DNA from: Camelus dromedarius
Taxonomy: Eukaryota
DNA: 64,000 nt
Reading direction: 5' to 3'
NCBI RefSeq assembly: GCF_036321535.1
Contig: NC_087438.1
Coordinates: forward strand, 48,794,001 to 48,858,000
This document shows, piece by piece, positions 13,493-26,640 of the stretch. Made by a program: the position numbers and the translations under genes. How positions within the stretch are numbered: position 1 is the stretch's first letter; each line of letters opens with the position of its first letter. Under the pieces are notes generated by a model. The model ran no database searches, had not been told where the DNA came from, and saw only the letters and a list, made by a program, of their open reading frames with translations.

Positions 13493-14573
13493 ATGAACGA
13501 GAGCATCTCCCTCACCCTTGACAGTATATGTTCACATTCTTCCTTCATCCTCCATTCTAAGAGTCTTCCTCCATTCTTCCTAAAGGAGAAATATGGAAAA
13601 AAGTCCAACGATCAAATGGGCTAGCCAGGGATCTAAGGATTTGGGCCGTCAGCTTTACAGTGTAACAACAATGAAAAGGACCAACATGGCAACAATCAAA
13701 ATAGCAGTTTGTTAACAATTGCCAGTGAATTCAGCCATCCCATAGGAATGAGACTTAAAAAATTCCAGAGAGGATGAAGGACCCATTTCTCTCAGCCAAA
13801 AGGATTTTGAGCTCTCCTTTTGTTTACTTAACTAAGGACGTTAATGCCGTATCTCCTGAACGCAGAACTTAATCCAACAACCTGTCTCTATGGGAAAATA
13901 TACTGAAGCCCCATGGAGGTAAAGAAAGTTTGGAAAGCAAATAAAAACGATTATTTTGGAGCCCAGTTCCGGAGCTCCTGAGAGTCAGGCTGAAAAATTA
14001 ACCGTTGCCCGTCTCCAACTGGCATGTTCATCAAGATGAGGTTCCTCAGGATTGCATTTCACCCCTTTTCACCTCTTGCCTCTAGCTTAACCCTGCTCAA
14101 TTCTTCTTTTTCTATGATGTCTTCTATTTCAACCTGCTTGTGCCCCGTGGGATTAAGAGCTAAACACTCTTTAAGAGGAGTAATCCCCTAAGTGGACATG
14201 TTTCCGAGGTTGTTAGACATTTGATCACAAAGGAAAGGAGAGAAGGGAGACGTATGAAAGCGAAGAAAATGGAAAGGCTAGAGACTTTCACCTTAGTAAT
14301 AACTGATTGCAAAGGGGCTCTCCAAGCCAATATTTGCATGAAAATAGACCTGTTCCTCATTCCCACGAATAAGCTCATTTTCTTCCTTTGAGAGACAAAC
14401 CCAGCTCCAGCAAGGAAAGTCTTGATGCGTTTGACATTTCTCAGTTTTTGAAAAAACAGCTAGCACTTACAAACAAAGCTGGATTCACATGAGGCAGCCA
14501 CTGGTCCAGGCACCCCACATGCACTGGCTCATCTCCACCACAACCCTATGAGGAAAGCCCTGTATTTGTACCA

Positions 14574-14945
14574 CTGCCTTGAACTGACTTGTGTGCCTCC
14601 CACATTCATATGTTGAGGCCCTAACCCCCCAATGCCTTGGTATTTGGAGATGGAGCCTTTAAGAAGTAATCGGGTTTATAGGAGGTCATGAGGGTGGGGT
14701 CCTCATAGTGGGATTAGTGTCCTTAGAAGAAGAGACCAGAGAGCTTGCATCCTCTCTCTGTTCCACGTGAGGACATGGCGGGTAGGTGGCCATCGGCAAG
14801 CCAGGAAGAGGGCTCTTGCCAGGGAGGCAAGCGGCCAGCTTCTTGCTCTTGGACTTCCCAGCCTCCTGAACTGTGAGAAGTCAATTCCTCTTTAAACCAC
14901 TCAGTCTGTGGTATTTTGTTATGCTGGCCCAAGCTGACTAATACA
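14574..14945 (+). mobile_element. MaLR solo LTR, MLT1A-type
   Basis: attcatatgttgaggccctaaccccccaatg ... ggacttcccagcctcctgaactgtgagaa ... gctgactaataca. Confidence 0.9.
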
Positions 14946-15593
14946 AACACCATTTTATAGAAGAGGAAATTGAGACGAAGAGAAGAGGCCAAGTAACTTA
15001 CCTACTAAGATGTAGAACGTGACAAAGGGCAGGATTCAAACCCACCCTGTCTGCCTCCAGGGTCTGCGGTCCCCACTCCTGTGACTGATTGCCTGGGGTA
15101 ACGGCTACAATTTCCACGTGCTCTAGCCACTTCTCTTTCTGTCGTCTTGAGACCCCAATCACACCCTCATTCGGACTGGGAAAAGACTGTATTTTCGCCT
15201 CCACTGTTGCCTTTGTATGTTGTTTCAGACGCCCTGCCCTCTGCCCACCTGGGAGCCCTGTAAGGGCTGGGAATGGTTTTCACTTCTGTACCTCCTGGTA
15301 CAGTGTCTGGGTAGGTGTCCTCTGAGTCCTTATTGGAGTGAATATGTGTAAGGATGAAACTGCCTGACCTCACATAGTGTTACGAATAAGAATAAATGAC
15401 CACGAGTCTTTGAAAATGAGAACATTGTAGCGTGGGAGGCTCTTTTGGTAATAATGCAGCTAACCAACAGACCTGCTCAGGTGTTTACCAAGCCCCAAGG
15501 TGAGCGATTTTGTGATCTTTTGTGATAGGGACAAGGCAGAAGGGTTGCTGGTTTTCTATTTTGCTCCTGGCTCCTTGCTTGTGAAAGTACCAC

Positions 15594-16035
15594 TGCAGGC
15601 TGGATTGCTGCAGGAGCAGCCCTGAGATTGTGTTCAGTGGGTAGGATATTGATTAAGGGGTGTCCTTGACATCTGCACCTGTCGTAAGGAGGGGCTGGCC
15701 GCAGGTGGGGATGAGGGTCGAAAGACGAGATGTGCTACAGAGCCAGTGAGAGCCGTGGCCATCCCCATGGGCAGCTCTTGAGCTGGGGTGGCCCTCCTGG
15801 TTGCCCTGAGTGGAGCCAGATGGCCAGGTCTTCATAAGCCATGATGACTCGGCCAGTAGATAGGGGCTGCGGGAGAAGGGGCAAGGTCTTGAGTGAAATG
15901 ACTCATCGCAGTGAGGCTTTCCCTAAAGGGGTGGGCAGACAGCTGAAGGCTGTCCACTGACAGACTCCCAGAAGCTGGGACAATAGGTCTTCAGTATCAG
16001 GGAGAGCTGAGTGGTGTATCACGGTGTCCTCTACG
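15594..16035 (-). mobile_element. ERVL solo LTR, LTR16-type
   Basis: gggcagctcttgagctggggtggccc, gacagctgaaggctgtccactgacagactcccagaagctggg, ending tatcacggtgtcctctac. Matches the recalled LTR16 antisense pattern. Confidence 0.7.
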
Positions 16036-16724
16036 TGACCATTACTACAGAATCAGTGTTTTGGCCACACAGGAGCCCAGCGTGCAGAGTATTCTCTGGT
16101 TATACAATGTTACTGTCATCTCTTGAGCCAGATTTCCTTTTATGACTCTTGGCAGATGCCCAGAGATTCTACATTTGTGAAGGATCTCTTTGAAAAGGTT
16201 TCCACATAGACTATCTCTTGCATGAGATGCCCTTCTAAGAGCACTAAGCCTCTGGGTCTTTTTTGAATGTGTCGTCTCATCTTTCCTTCGTATCTCAGAG
16301 GAAGGAGGTTCCTTTCTCCTTTCTCAGGTCAATTTCCCTCTTGTGCCTTTGACCTGACCCTTCTTGACCTCCCACAGAGCCTTGTCCTCCCAACGATCCT
16401 CTCTCAAGCCTCCTCAGTCTCTTTGCTCTCCTCTGCAGGGGAAGGTTCCAGAATAGTATCATGGAGATGATGGGGTCTTAGCAGAGGAGTAACACAATGA
16501 CAGTGGCACTTGGGGAGGAATGTTCTGGCAGCTGTGTTTCACGTGGGCTTGTGAACCCAGGCCTGGGAGCAGGGGGACCAGCCGGGAGATGCAGCTCAGC
16601 TGAGCAGGTTCGAGGACGCCCTGATGAGTGATCTTAGCTTCTTTTTCACTCTGTGCAGCCCACTTGGGTTGTATGGTAGGAAGTCTCATGGTGCAGTGTT
16701 GGGGGATGTGGTTTGGAGAGTTGT

Positions 16725-16920
16725 TCAGGACGGGATTTGACTCCTACCGAGGTCACTTTTAGCTACGTGACCCCCCGCCCAGCTATTTATTAACCTCTCA
16801 GCCTCAGTTTCCCCATCAGGAATGTGTGAATAAGGCCTCCCTCAAAGGGTTGCTGAGAGGGGGACGTTCGCTGGGATGACACAGATGAAGACCCTCACTT
16901 GGCGTCTGGCAGGAGGCAAG
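16725..16920 (+). mobile_element. MIR SINE
   Basis: ttattaacctctcagcctcagtttccccatcagg ... aagggttgctgagagg. Confidence 0.7.
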
Positions 16921-18329
16921 CCTGGGTACACGTGGGCTCCTCCCCACTTTAAGGCAGTTGCATTATATTAAGCTGTCAGTCAAGAGAAAGCCCAGCGGGT
17001 CAGGAGCTGCCTCTCCTCTGGCTCTTTCTAACAAATGGGCCCAGTCAGCTTCTGATTTGACGTTTAAAGCTAGTGTCCGAATTCCCATTCTGCCTTTGGT
17101 GAAGCATTGGTGAAGCATCTCTCAGTGGCAGCTGAGGAGGTATACTGTGAGCTGAGTGAATGCAAGATTGAACGAACTAAAACAAGACAAGCATGTATGT
17201 GAAACTCAAGACTCGCTCTGAGTATCCTGAGCTCCAACGGTTTGTGCTCTTCCCTTCAAGGACGTCATGTTATGTCTGCTGTGATGATGGGCTATGACAA
17301 GACGGCTTCTTGGTGCCAAAAAATGTCTAACAGGATCTGCCTGTCATTGGCCCACCTCCCACGGCATACCCGTGTTAACCAATAGGTTTTTGGAAGATTC
17401 GTCCCTGCCTTTGGGGTTTGCCTTTGAAAAGTTAAAATTCTTATACTGTGAGCCCCTGAACATTCATTTTGAGACAATAAGCAGAGAATTAGCTACCAGG
17501 AAGGGCAGAGCAAAAATATAGTTTATCATGTAGGTGTATTTTAGGCCAAGAATTGGCCATGGCTTTTCCTTGCTTCAGTCAAAACTCCAAGAACTGTGAC
17601 AGAGTTAGGGGACAACTAGACCAATGCTTGCATAGGCGAAAAGAAGTCGTCAGTGAGCTTTCATCAAGCTAGTCAAACACACATCTGCACGTGGGTTTTG
17701 AAGAATGACTTTGTTTTAAGGAAGTGGACTCTTGTTTTGGTTTGCTATGCGACTGACTGAGTTATCCTCCACCTTGTGTGTCACCTGATTTGTTCTGACA
17801 CTAACCTGGCAGAGGGAGGCAGAGACAGTGCCCCAGGCCCAGGTGTCAGGCCTGGAATAGGACTCCAGTAAATAGAGAAAGCTTTTCTGCCAAGAGAAGC
17901 AGGAAAAAGGGGCAGATAAGATAGAAAACTGGAAAGGAGAAACTTGGTGGCCTGTGAGCAATGGTGAGAGGCCGGGGGAATGACTTCATTTCCTGAGACC
18001 AGTCTGTGCAGCTGCGCTCGATCTGCCAAGAGCTCCAGATTCTTACATGGTCACCCCCCCCCCATTCCAGCCCCCTCCCTGACCAGCTGAAGCCGTCCCC
18101 TCTGCCTTGGGCAACCCTCTCTGCTGTGTGATCAAAGCGCTGAACTTCAGCAAGAAATGATCAACATCAGTGGTCTGCAAACATGTTTTCCCTGCGTAGC
18201 TGGGGAATTTTGAAAAACTACATATATCCCCACACACTTTGAAATTGATATCTACAATTTTTGTTTTCAGTTTAAATATCATATATCATGGAATCTGCGT
18301 ATGTGCATTGATTGCAGGATATTATGCAT

Positions 18330-18465
18330 CACACTTCCTGCATTATTGATGTGCAGCTAAGAAACAATAGTCATGCTGTGACCTGCCAGCATTGTAAGTC
18401 GCACCCCAATTTCAGAGACAAGAAAATGTGAAAGCAAATGGTGTCTTAGAATCGCTGATATGTGG
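18330..18465 (-). mobile_element. MER104/Kanga-type TcMar-Tc2 fragment
   Basis: ttgtaagtcgcaccccaatttcagagacaagaaaatgtgaaagcaaatggtgtcttagaatcg. Confidence 0.65.
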
Positions 18466-20829
18466 CCCTTACCAAGGATATAATTGCTTTTCTTCTTTGT
18501 AGACCAGAGAAGGGCTTTTGGGGACACAGGCATGTTATTCTCAGACCAGGTTCATTTTAGGAAAAAGTACAGGCAGAAGTTGAGGATCTGGGGGAAAAAA
18601 AATCCCCAAACTCTATGTGATCACATATAGCCCTTGGAAAACACGTATGTGTCTGTAAATTACTGGCTTATATGTTTGTTTATAAAAATGAGTTTTTCTT
18701 TCCTTTCTTTCTTTAAAAGAAATATCATTAAAGCTACTAGGATAGCATTAAAGGGTATTTCAAAAAAAAAGAAAAATTCACAATTTTACTGGACAAACAA
18801 CTGTCCACGTTCCCTTCTAGGCTCCTACCGCCCGTATATGGTGGTCTTAGTAACCCTGGAGATTCTCCTTTGCCATGTAACCTCTTTACCAGGGATTAGG
18901 GCCTGAACATTTTGAGAGACATTATTCTGCTTACCACCGACCTTAAAATCAGTTCGAATGCCACTAAATTCCCTGTTTTTTTCTGGAACAAACAAGAGGA
19001 CCATTTGGTGTTATTACCATTGCATGCTGTCTGCCTGCCAACAACACACTCAGCTCTCCACTGAAACACATTTAGGAACAGTCTTGCTCGATGTGCTTAC
19101 AAATATAATTATTGTTGACATTTTCAATTATTTAACATTTATTGAGCACCAGTCATGCGCTAAGCATGGTTCAAAACATACAGTTAGTCACGGTTGATGC
19201 CCAGAGGGCTTACAATTCAAAATTAGACAGGTCTAAAATTAGAAGGATGCAAGCATCTGCACATAGTGGCGCTTGGTGAAAGAACTGAATATCCCGTACA
19301 AGTCAGGTGTAGTGCTTTGTGTTAGGTGTTCCCCAAACTAATCTTTACTCCTGTGATTCCTAGAAACGTACACGCTCCAGAAAATACGTTTCGGAACATT
19401 ATGTAGACAGGAGAAAATATTGTGTAAATGCCACTTACAAGCAAAGTTTTAAGCGTTTGAGACATCTACCTTGCATTTTTATTTCAGATCTTATGACAAA
19501 TAAAATTTTTCCTGTGTTCCATGATCAGTAGGATTCAGCTGTGAAAAGAAAATATCTCATCAAGGATGCATAGTATAAAATGTAATTGCTAACTAGAGAA
19601 AGGAATTTTTGAAAGCTGGTGTTGAGAACGGTAAGTCAAGCTCTTAGAGGCCCAGAATCACTCAGGAGGCCACTTCACACTATAGCTTAAGAACAGGAAG
19701 GAAACCATTTCTACAGTTTAGAAGCCTGAACCAAGCAACCAATCACTGCGTAAATGTCTTACGACACGTGGCTGAAGTGTAAGCATGTGTGCGCTACTTG
19801 TTCTAAACCTCCAGTGAGTTTCCCTGGCAACACCTTGCTCTGTGTCCCATTCGGGGAGGGAGAGGGGTTGGTAGAGTTGAGCTCAATGTATGTGCTTGCC
19901 TTTTTAAAATGAAATGGAAATATGTTTACAATACCATTTAATATACCAATATATTTTGTTTGATAAACTCTAGGGATGAAATTACCTCCTTCCTTTAATG
20001 ATGAACAAACAAACTGAGGTCCTGAGGTGAGGTGATTTGTTTGAGGTCATACAACAATGAGTATTCTCTAGTTCTATCAGAGTCGGAGCTAGAATCACAG
20101 CCACCTTTGCCACCAGCCAAGAGTTTTCCCACTTCCCCTTGGTGCTCTTTGCCTGACTCATCCTGGTTCTCCCTCAATCTCCTCTGTCCTCAACAACTAC
20201 CCACATTTTCCCCTATAACTCTTTAAGATAAAAAAGGGGAACATTTCTGTAATGCCATGTGTCTGTTTTCATTGGCTTTACCCAGATGTTCCTCCAAGGT
20301 GTCAGGTACTGAGGAAGCACCCACCTATGGCTGCAAGGAAGGGAAAGCCGTAATCTCCCTGGAGAACAGTGCACTGGTGCTCCCCTGTCAGGATGGCTGG
20401 GGAGGGTTTGAGTTCCCCAGGCTGATCTGGCCAATTAGCACTCTGAGCACAAGCAGGCGTGGAGACTATCTGTTCTCACCCCGAGCACGGGGCCGCCATG
20501 TTAAGGGGTCCCAGCCACAACGTGCCAGCAACATCTGGATGCGTGGGACACATTGTTATCTAAATTAAAATAATTTAGTGCTCATCTTACCATCTTCCCG
20601 GAAGTACAATCGTGGATGGAAAGGGTGGAACACGGCCTTTTGTTTCTAGGGACCAGTGCTCTAGTTGGAAGGAGACACCGTAGGCAGTTTCACCCTTTCC
20701 ATACTTTTACTGCTGGCTGAGGGTGGTATTACCAACCTTCCTAAGTCCGTTTTTAGATTGCTTGAAGCCGCCTGCCTCTGACTGCACAATGGCACTGCCT
20801 GGGTTTACCTCTAGCTCCTAGCCCGCTTT

Positions 20830-21295
20830 CTCAGACCACACACAAAAATAAACTCCAAATGTATTAAAGGCTTCAATGTAAGACCTGAAGCCATGAAACT
20901 CCTCGAAGGAAATACAAGCAGTATACTCTTTGACATCAGTCTTAGCAGTATTTTTCAGAATCTGTCTCCTCAGGCAAGGGAAACAAAAGCAAAAATAAAC
21001 AAATGGGACTGCATCAAAACAGCAAAGGAGACCATCAACAAAACAAAAATGCAGCCTCCTGAATGGGAAGAGATATTTGCAAACTGTATCTCCAACAAGA
21101 TGTTAACATCCAAAATATACAAAGAATTCATACAACTCAACCTCAAAAAAAAAAAAAAAAAGTGGATTTAAAAAATGGGCAGAGGCCCTGAATAGACAAT
21201 TTTCAAAAGAAGACAATGGGAACTCTGTACTTTCCTCTCAAATTTTCTGTAAACCTAAAACTGCTCCCCCCAAAATACATTACTTAAAAAAAAAA
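20830..21295 (+). mobile_element. L1 ORF2 C-terminal fragment joined directly to an L1MB-type terminal 3' end
   Basis: ORF 20893-21171 (KAKINKWDCIK...WEEIFAN...KIYKEFIQLN) is L1 ORF2-like. After aaagaagac the sequence jumps to atgggaactctgtacttt...aaacctaaaactgctc and an A tail. Confidence 0.88.
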
Positions 21296-21299
21296 TCAC

Positions 21300-21475
21300 C
21301 CTTTCACATACATGCAATCAATATAAAAATTATCAATGAGCTATTTTACATTTTTGTACCAAGTCTTTGGAATCTAGTGTGTGCATTTTACACATACAAC
21401 ACATCTCAATTCATACTAGCCACTTTATAAGCACTTAATAACCACATGTGACTAGTGGTTACTATTGTTACACTG
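21300..21475 (+). mobile_element. MER33-type hAT-Charlie MITE, 3' part
   Basis: aatcaatataaaaattatcaatgagctattttaca ... cacatctcaattcatactagccac ... ccacatgtgactagtgg. Confidence 0.8.
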
Positions 21476-22198
21476 GAAATCTAAACATTTTAGTGAGGTT
21501 AGAGAGTAAAGAGAAATATATACGTGGGAATATTTTATCTCAGAAAATAAACTCAAATGCTTTGGAGAATGCTATATGTTACAGGCCACTCCCTAACAGC
21601 AAAACATACTAAGATTGTTTCAGTAATCCCCTCTCCAACAGTTTTTAAAGAATAAACGCAAACACAAATCCAGTCCGACGATTTGCTTGACGTGGGGATT
21701 AATTAAGACATGTGGGTGAACATAAAGCGAGATTTCCTCCTACCATCCATCTTCCACTGACCTTCATTAAGGACAGAGAGCATTTTAATGGATGAAGCCT
21801 TCACCTTTAATAAGCCTTTACTCTGTTACTTCCCATGGAACCATTCATTAGATTAACAAAACAATGGTAGCTGGCTAATGACAGAGCCGTGGTCAGAACC
21901 CCAGGGATAGCCTCTGTCACCATCAGCGCCTCGAGGCAAAATGTCACTGGGTCCACCTCGTCCAGCCCAGTCGAGAAGACTTTGACCTATAATTGCATTC
22001 GGAGAGTTCAAGAGCTCAAGAGGTAGAGATGGGGTGAGTGGGTCCGCGCTTTGCATCCTCCTGTCCGCTTGAGGAAAGGACGCATGGGAGCCTGAATGGA
22101 GGCTGATATGGGCGAGGGGGAGGTACTTGGTTTCTGCTTCCAAATGATACTCCTGTTTCTTACTGATTGCTTTAAGGAAAGCGTATTTGTGGATTACT

Positions 22199-22573
22199 GT
22201 GTGGATGAAAAAAATTAATCAGTCGATCTAAGAGAGAAATGGAAAATTTTATTTGAGCCAAACTGAGGATTATAACCTGGGAACAGCCTCTCAGAAAGCT
22301 CCGAGAACTGTTCTGCCTGTTAGAGGTCAAAGCACAGTTATTTAAGTTTTTTAAGATAGAGGGCTGTGCATTCAATGACATATTATTGACAGTTTAAACA
22401 ATCCAGGTTACACGTACAAAGCATGGGTCATCGTGATCCCTTACAAGATTAAGCGGGAAGGTCATGTCCTAAGGAATTATCTTGCTGATGCCAGGAGGAC
22501 CCTTGTTCTTTGTGGTTGAGCACATATTCCTGCCGATGGGGGCGGTTTGGTCGATGCATAATGCAGACACACA
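22199..22573 (-). mobile_element. ERV1-class solo LTR
   Basis: TG...CA ends, minus-strand AATAAA (22248-22253), cagcctctcagaaagctccgagaactg motif typical of artiodactyl ERV1 LTRs. TSD not resolved. Confidence 0.75.
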
Positions 22574-22684
22574 GTGCAGAGTGGAGGCCAAAGGGCAGAG
22601 AAAAAATTTGTGTTCAAATTCTCCTTGACTTGCCTTAACATATACATTTCTTATTCACATTCTATGATGAATTTTTATGTCATC

Positions 22685-22860
22685 AATTTTTTAAATATAT
22701 TTTTATTTTGGAATCATTTTAGGTTTACCAAAAAGTTGCAAAGATACTACAGAGAGTTCCCGTATACCCTCACCCAATTTCCCCATAATAACCATGGTAC
22801 ACTCAGCAAAACTAAGAAATCAACACTGGTACTTTACTATTAGTTAAACCCCAGACTTTG
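22685..22860 (-). mobile_element. Old L1 (L1MB/MC-type) 3' end fragment
   Basis: T-rich start followed by aaaagttgcaaagatactacagagagttcccgtataccctcaccc, the antisense of an L1M 3' terminus. Confidence 0.75.
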
Positions 22861-23639
22861 CAGTAACTTTAAAGAACAAACAAAAACAAACAAACAAAAC
22901 TTAGCAGGAAGAACTGTGTAAAAATTGAAATATCAAAGCAACTTTTGGTCTTAATTTGAAAAAAACTCCCATTTTGGAGAGAAGAGAGATAGGAATGAAG
23001 GAGGACTTAGCTTCCCAGTACAGACGTGCCCATGAACTTGCATCATTCAAGTCAGATCAGACCAACTTTCTTTATGAAACCTTCCCGATTTTATGCCAGT
23101 GGTTAGCGTTCCCACTGGAGGACAGACCTCTAGCGCCTTCCGCGCTGCATCACCTGGCACTGGTAGGCACTCAGCTACCTGCTGAAAGAAGTAAGGACTC
23201 ACGTGTTCAAGAAGGAATTATTCCAGCTTCCTCTCCCTCCTTCTTGGCCCTCCCCCCAATCTGTGCTAACTCATGTGCTTTCAGAAAGGCTCTCTGAAGG
23301 TTTTATGCATGAAGAAAATTGGCTCCTTCTCCTTTTGAATTATTGAAAGGGAGCTATATATCTCTAAAGATGAATAATTTAGGAATTTTCATAGACAACA
23401 CCATCTCAGCTCTTCTTACTCTAAAATGAATTCAGAGGGAATTGGGTTTACTCAGTTCAGGACTGACTTTAAATTCAACCAATACAATTTGAGCAACTGC
23501 CATGTATTTGGCTCTGCTCTCTGTGTGCTCCGAGGGCCACTCCTACGGGAACACTGATACACAGGCTGTTTCTCTATTAGACTCAACGCTCCCTGATGAC
23601 AGGGACTGGGGGAACTGTGTCTTATTTAATCTCTCTCAT

Positions 23640-24200
23640 CCTTAGATCCGCAATGCCAGAAATATTCCTCAATGTCTGGTCGATGCTCAGTAGTCTTACT
23701 GAATCAATAATAGACAAATAACTGCTGAATGGGTAGATGGTTGAATGAATGAATATACGAGTTAATAGGTGAGTAATTCCTGATCACTGCTCTTAAGGAG
23801 ACTGCCTTCTGGAAAGAGGCAGGGAAGAAGAAGCACACAGAGACCACCATGCATGGTGGAATGAAGGATGGACCATCAGAGGTGAACCTGCTAAAAGAAA
23901 GCACTGACAGCTCCTGGAAACATAAGCAGAAACACGTAGTACCTGTGACCGTCCAGAGGGTGGGCAGGGTGTCGTGATCGGGGATGGGAGAGGCGCTAAA
24001 TGAGGAATTCCAGCCTGAGAGGGCAGAGCGAACACACAGCAAGGGGAAAATCATGAACATTTTGAGGACCTGAGTTTGGATAGCTTATGTGGCATGCGTA
24101 GATCAGGGAGGGAAAATAAACCAGATTCACACGCCAGGCCCACATTATGTGGGTCCTTCAACACCAGGGTTTGTTCATTTGAAACTGATCACAGATGCAG
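23640..24200. mobile_element. L2 LINE fragments (3' end on +, body on -)
   Basis: tgctgaatgggtagatggttgaatgaatgaat terminus, then gggaattccagcctgagagggcagagc antisense body. Confidence 0.55.
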
Positions 24201-26389
24201 ACAACACATGAGAAGCTGGCTTGGCGTGGGGGCTGTAAGATAGGCTTCTTCAAGCACATCTTCTACAACACGATAGGTCTAAGGAGAAGGTTGGAAGTGC
24301 GGGAAAGAGAAAGGAATTTGCTATAACATGGTGTGATATAATTTATCACTAAGTTCTGTGACGGCAAGTCAGAATTTTCCTATATTTGTAACGCAGGAAT
24401 CTGGGCTCTGGTTAAATCACAATCTCTGCCCTGCCAATAAAAGGTGAGGAAGGCCATTAAAGCCGTTTTGTTAAACAAGCAATTAAAACAGTAGTTGGTT
24501 TCCAACTTAATGCTTTAACTTTATACATCACATTAAAAAGTTATGTGATGAAGTCGACCTGAGGTTTCTGGACAGAAGCTGAACAGCCGACGTCACATTT
24601 TTGAGAAGTGAAAAATCCGTGCTGAACTGCATAATGGACTACTCACAGAGTCCGAAGGATAAAACAGGAGCATCTCGTGGGGGCAAAGTGTTCTTAGTGA
24701 TAGAGCAAAAAGGCCACGATCATCACATTCATGTCGTGCATTTCAAGACTCTCTACTGTGGCAGAGGCCCTCTGATGCTTCTCTGAAAACCTTCTTAGGA
24801 AAAGATGCACTGAGCCACTGTGCTGGGTGGTTCCTATTCATTTCCACTTCCAGGGGTCTTGTGCTGCTCTGGCTGGGTGCCTCAGGGGCTCCTCTGTGAG
24901 TGGCGCAGCCCTTGGTCCCCAGCTCCAGGCTCGCTGGGTGTAAAGATGGAGGCTATCGCAGCAGGAGTGGCTGGATGTGCACTGTTGGCACATCTGCTGT
25001 TGCCTTCTGAACTGTGTTTTGGGCCAGCGCCAGGCAGCCTCTCCTTGATTTTAGCTGTCACACCATTAAAGGAAATGAGATGATGGCACAAATCATCATT
25101 CATATGACTCCAGCACAGAAGGCCGGGGAGACACTGCCGGGATAATTCCGCAGCCACCATCGTCCCTGACAGTAATTCCAGTGTGATCACAGGGGATCGC
25201 TTTCTAATAGGCTTTTGTGCAGTCAATTCAGAGTCCGTTGTGTGCCCTGAGTTTGGATAATTAAAGTTGTGTCTCAGAAGCCGCATGTGGTAGCTCATAA
25301 TTATGTCGTGGGGTCTAAGAGGAACCTGAGGTGAGTGACACCCGGGCCGGAGTGAGGAACAGGGACCCTGGTGATGAGGAAGAAAGAAACCAGTCCCCTC
25401 ATTGGGGAAGAGGGGGCCGGTGTTCCCTCTCTAGCATCCAGTGCTTTATTTATTTTAAAACAAAAATGAGTAATTACAGCCCTTCCCGGTCCAATCCCTC
25501 ACCCTCCGGAGGGACTCGGCTAACCCCTTCCTGTTGCCTTCGACAAAAGAATGGTAGCTGACCCGGGCAAGGAAGAAAAATATCAATGGCTTATTGAAAC
25601 ACCAGAATGGTTTAATTATTTAATTATTTGCATGTTGAGAGATTTGCATACAGGCAGGAAAAGGCTCATGTTGGAATTTGGCCTGTATCTCCCTCAGTTT
25701 CTCACTGGAGGAGAGATCTCGAAGTGTGGCCTCATTTAAGCTCTTGAATCTTAGAGAAATGAGACCTTTGGAAAGCTTAGATTTGTTATTTCAAGGACAC
25801 ACTATTTGGAAGGAAAACAAACCCAAGGCCATGTCCCATCGGGCCATGTTTCCCTAGTCAGTCTGTGGCTGTCAGAGAAGAAAAGTAGTTGCTTTTCCCC
25901 ACGCAGGACACCCTCAAAGAGCCATTCTCCTGAGCAGGGCAGGGCAGGGCAGGCAGACCGCTGGGGTAAGTGGGCGCCTTTCAACACTCTCAGACGTGGT
26001 CCCAGCTTTTCCAGATTCAACGTGCGAGAGATGCTGAAACGTCAGAACAGGACCTCTTTCAGCTTAAACCTTTAGACCGTTTGGAGGATTCTGGGACTGT
26101 AACTTCTAAAGGGCTTTGAATTTCTGAGCCTTGAAAGGAGGCTTCTGCTTTATTCTAACACGGGACATCTTTTCTTCCAGGTTTTGCCAGGTGGAGAACA
26201 AGCCCTTCCTCCTTTGAACCCCTGTCGCCCCTTTTAGGGCAGGCAGATTGATTCTTCCCCCGACGTGGGAACAACAATTGATATTCAAAACACTGCCCTC
26301 TCCTCAGGCTTTGCCTTCATGAAAATGAAACATACTTCGTCCCGAGCACCATATGGTGTTTGTGAAGGGTGGGCACGCAGATGCCTCCT

Positions 26390-26640
26390 AATTAAAGCAT
26401 TAAAGTTGGCCACGAGAAAAATGGCAGCCACAGATGACTTTGGCTGGGCGCATGGCGGGGAGGGCTGGGTGGGAGGGGGTCCCAGAGAAGGGCTGAAGTG
26501 GGAGGCTGCCTCCCGGCTTTTGCAAACACACGCTCTGATTGGTCCTCTGGGAACAGATAATGGCAAGAGGCAGTTAATTTGAAGATAATTGAGAGATCTC
26601 TTTCCTGTCTGCACACAATAAAACAAGGTGTCGGGCCTCA
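26390..26640. promoter_or_regulatory. Candidate enhancer-like unique element
   Basis: Non-repeat sequence with clustered TAATTA/ATTAAA, AAAATGGC (YY1-like), CTGATTGG (CCAAT), AGATAA x2 and a G4 motif. Motif inference only. Confidence 0.3.

Noticed and set aside
20893-21171. 92-aa ORF with protein-like sequence
   Set aside because: A fragment of L1 ORF2 in a truncated element, not a host gene.
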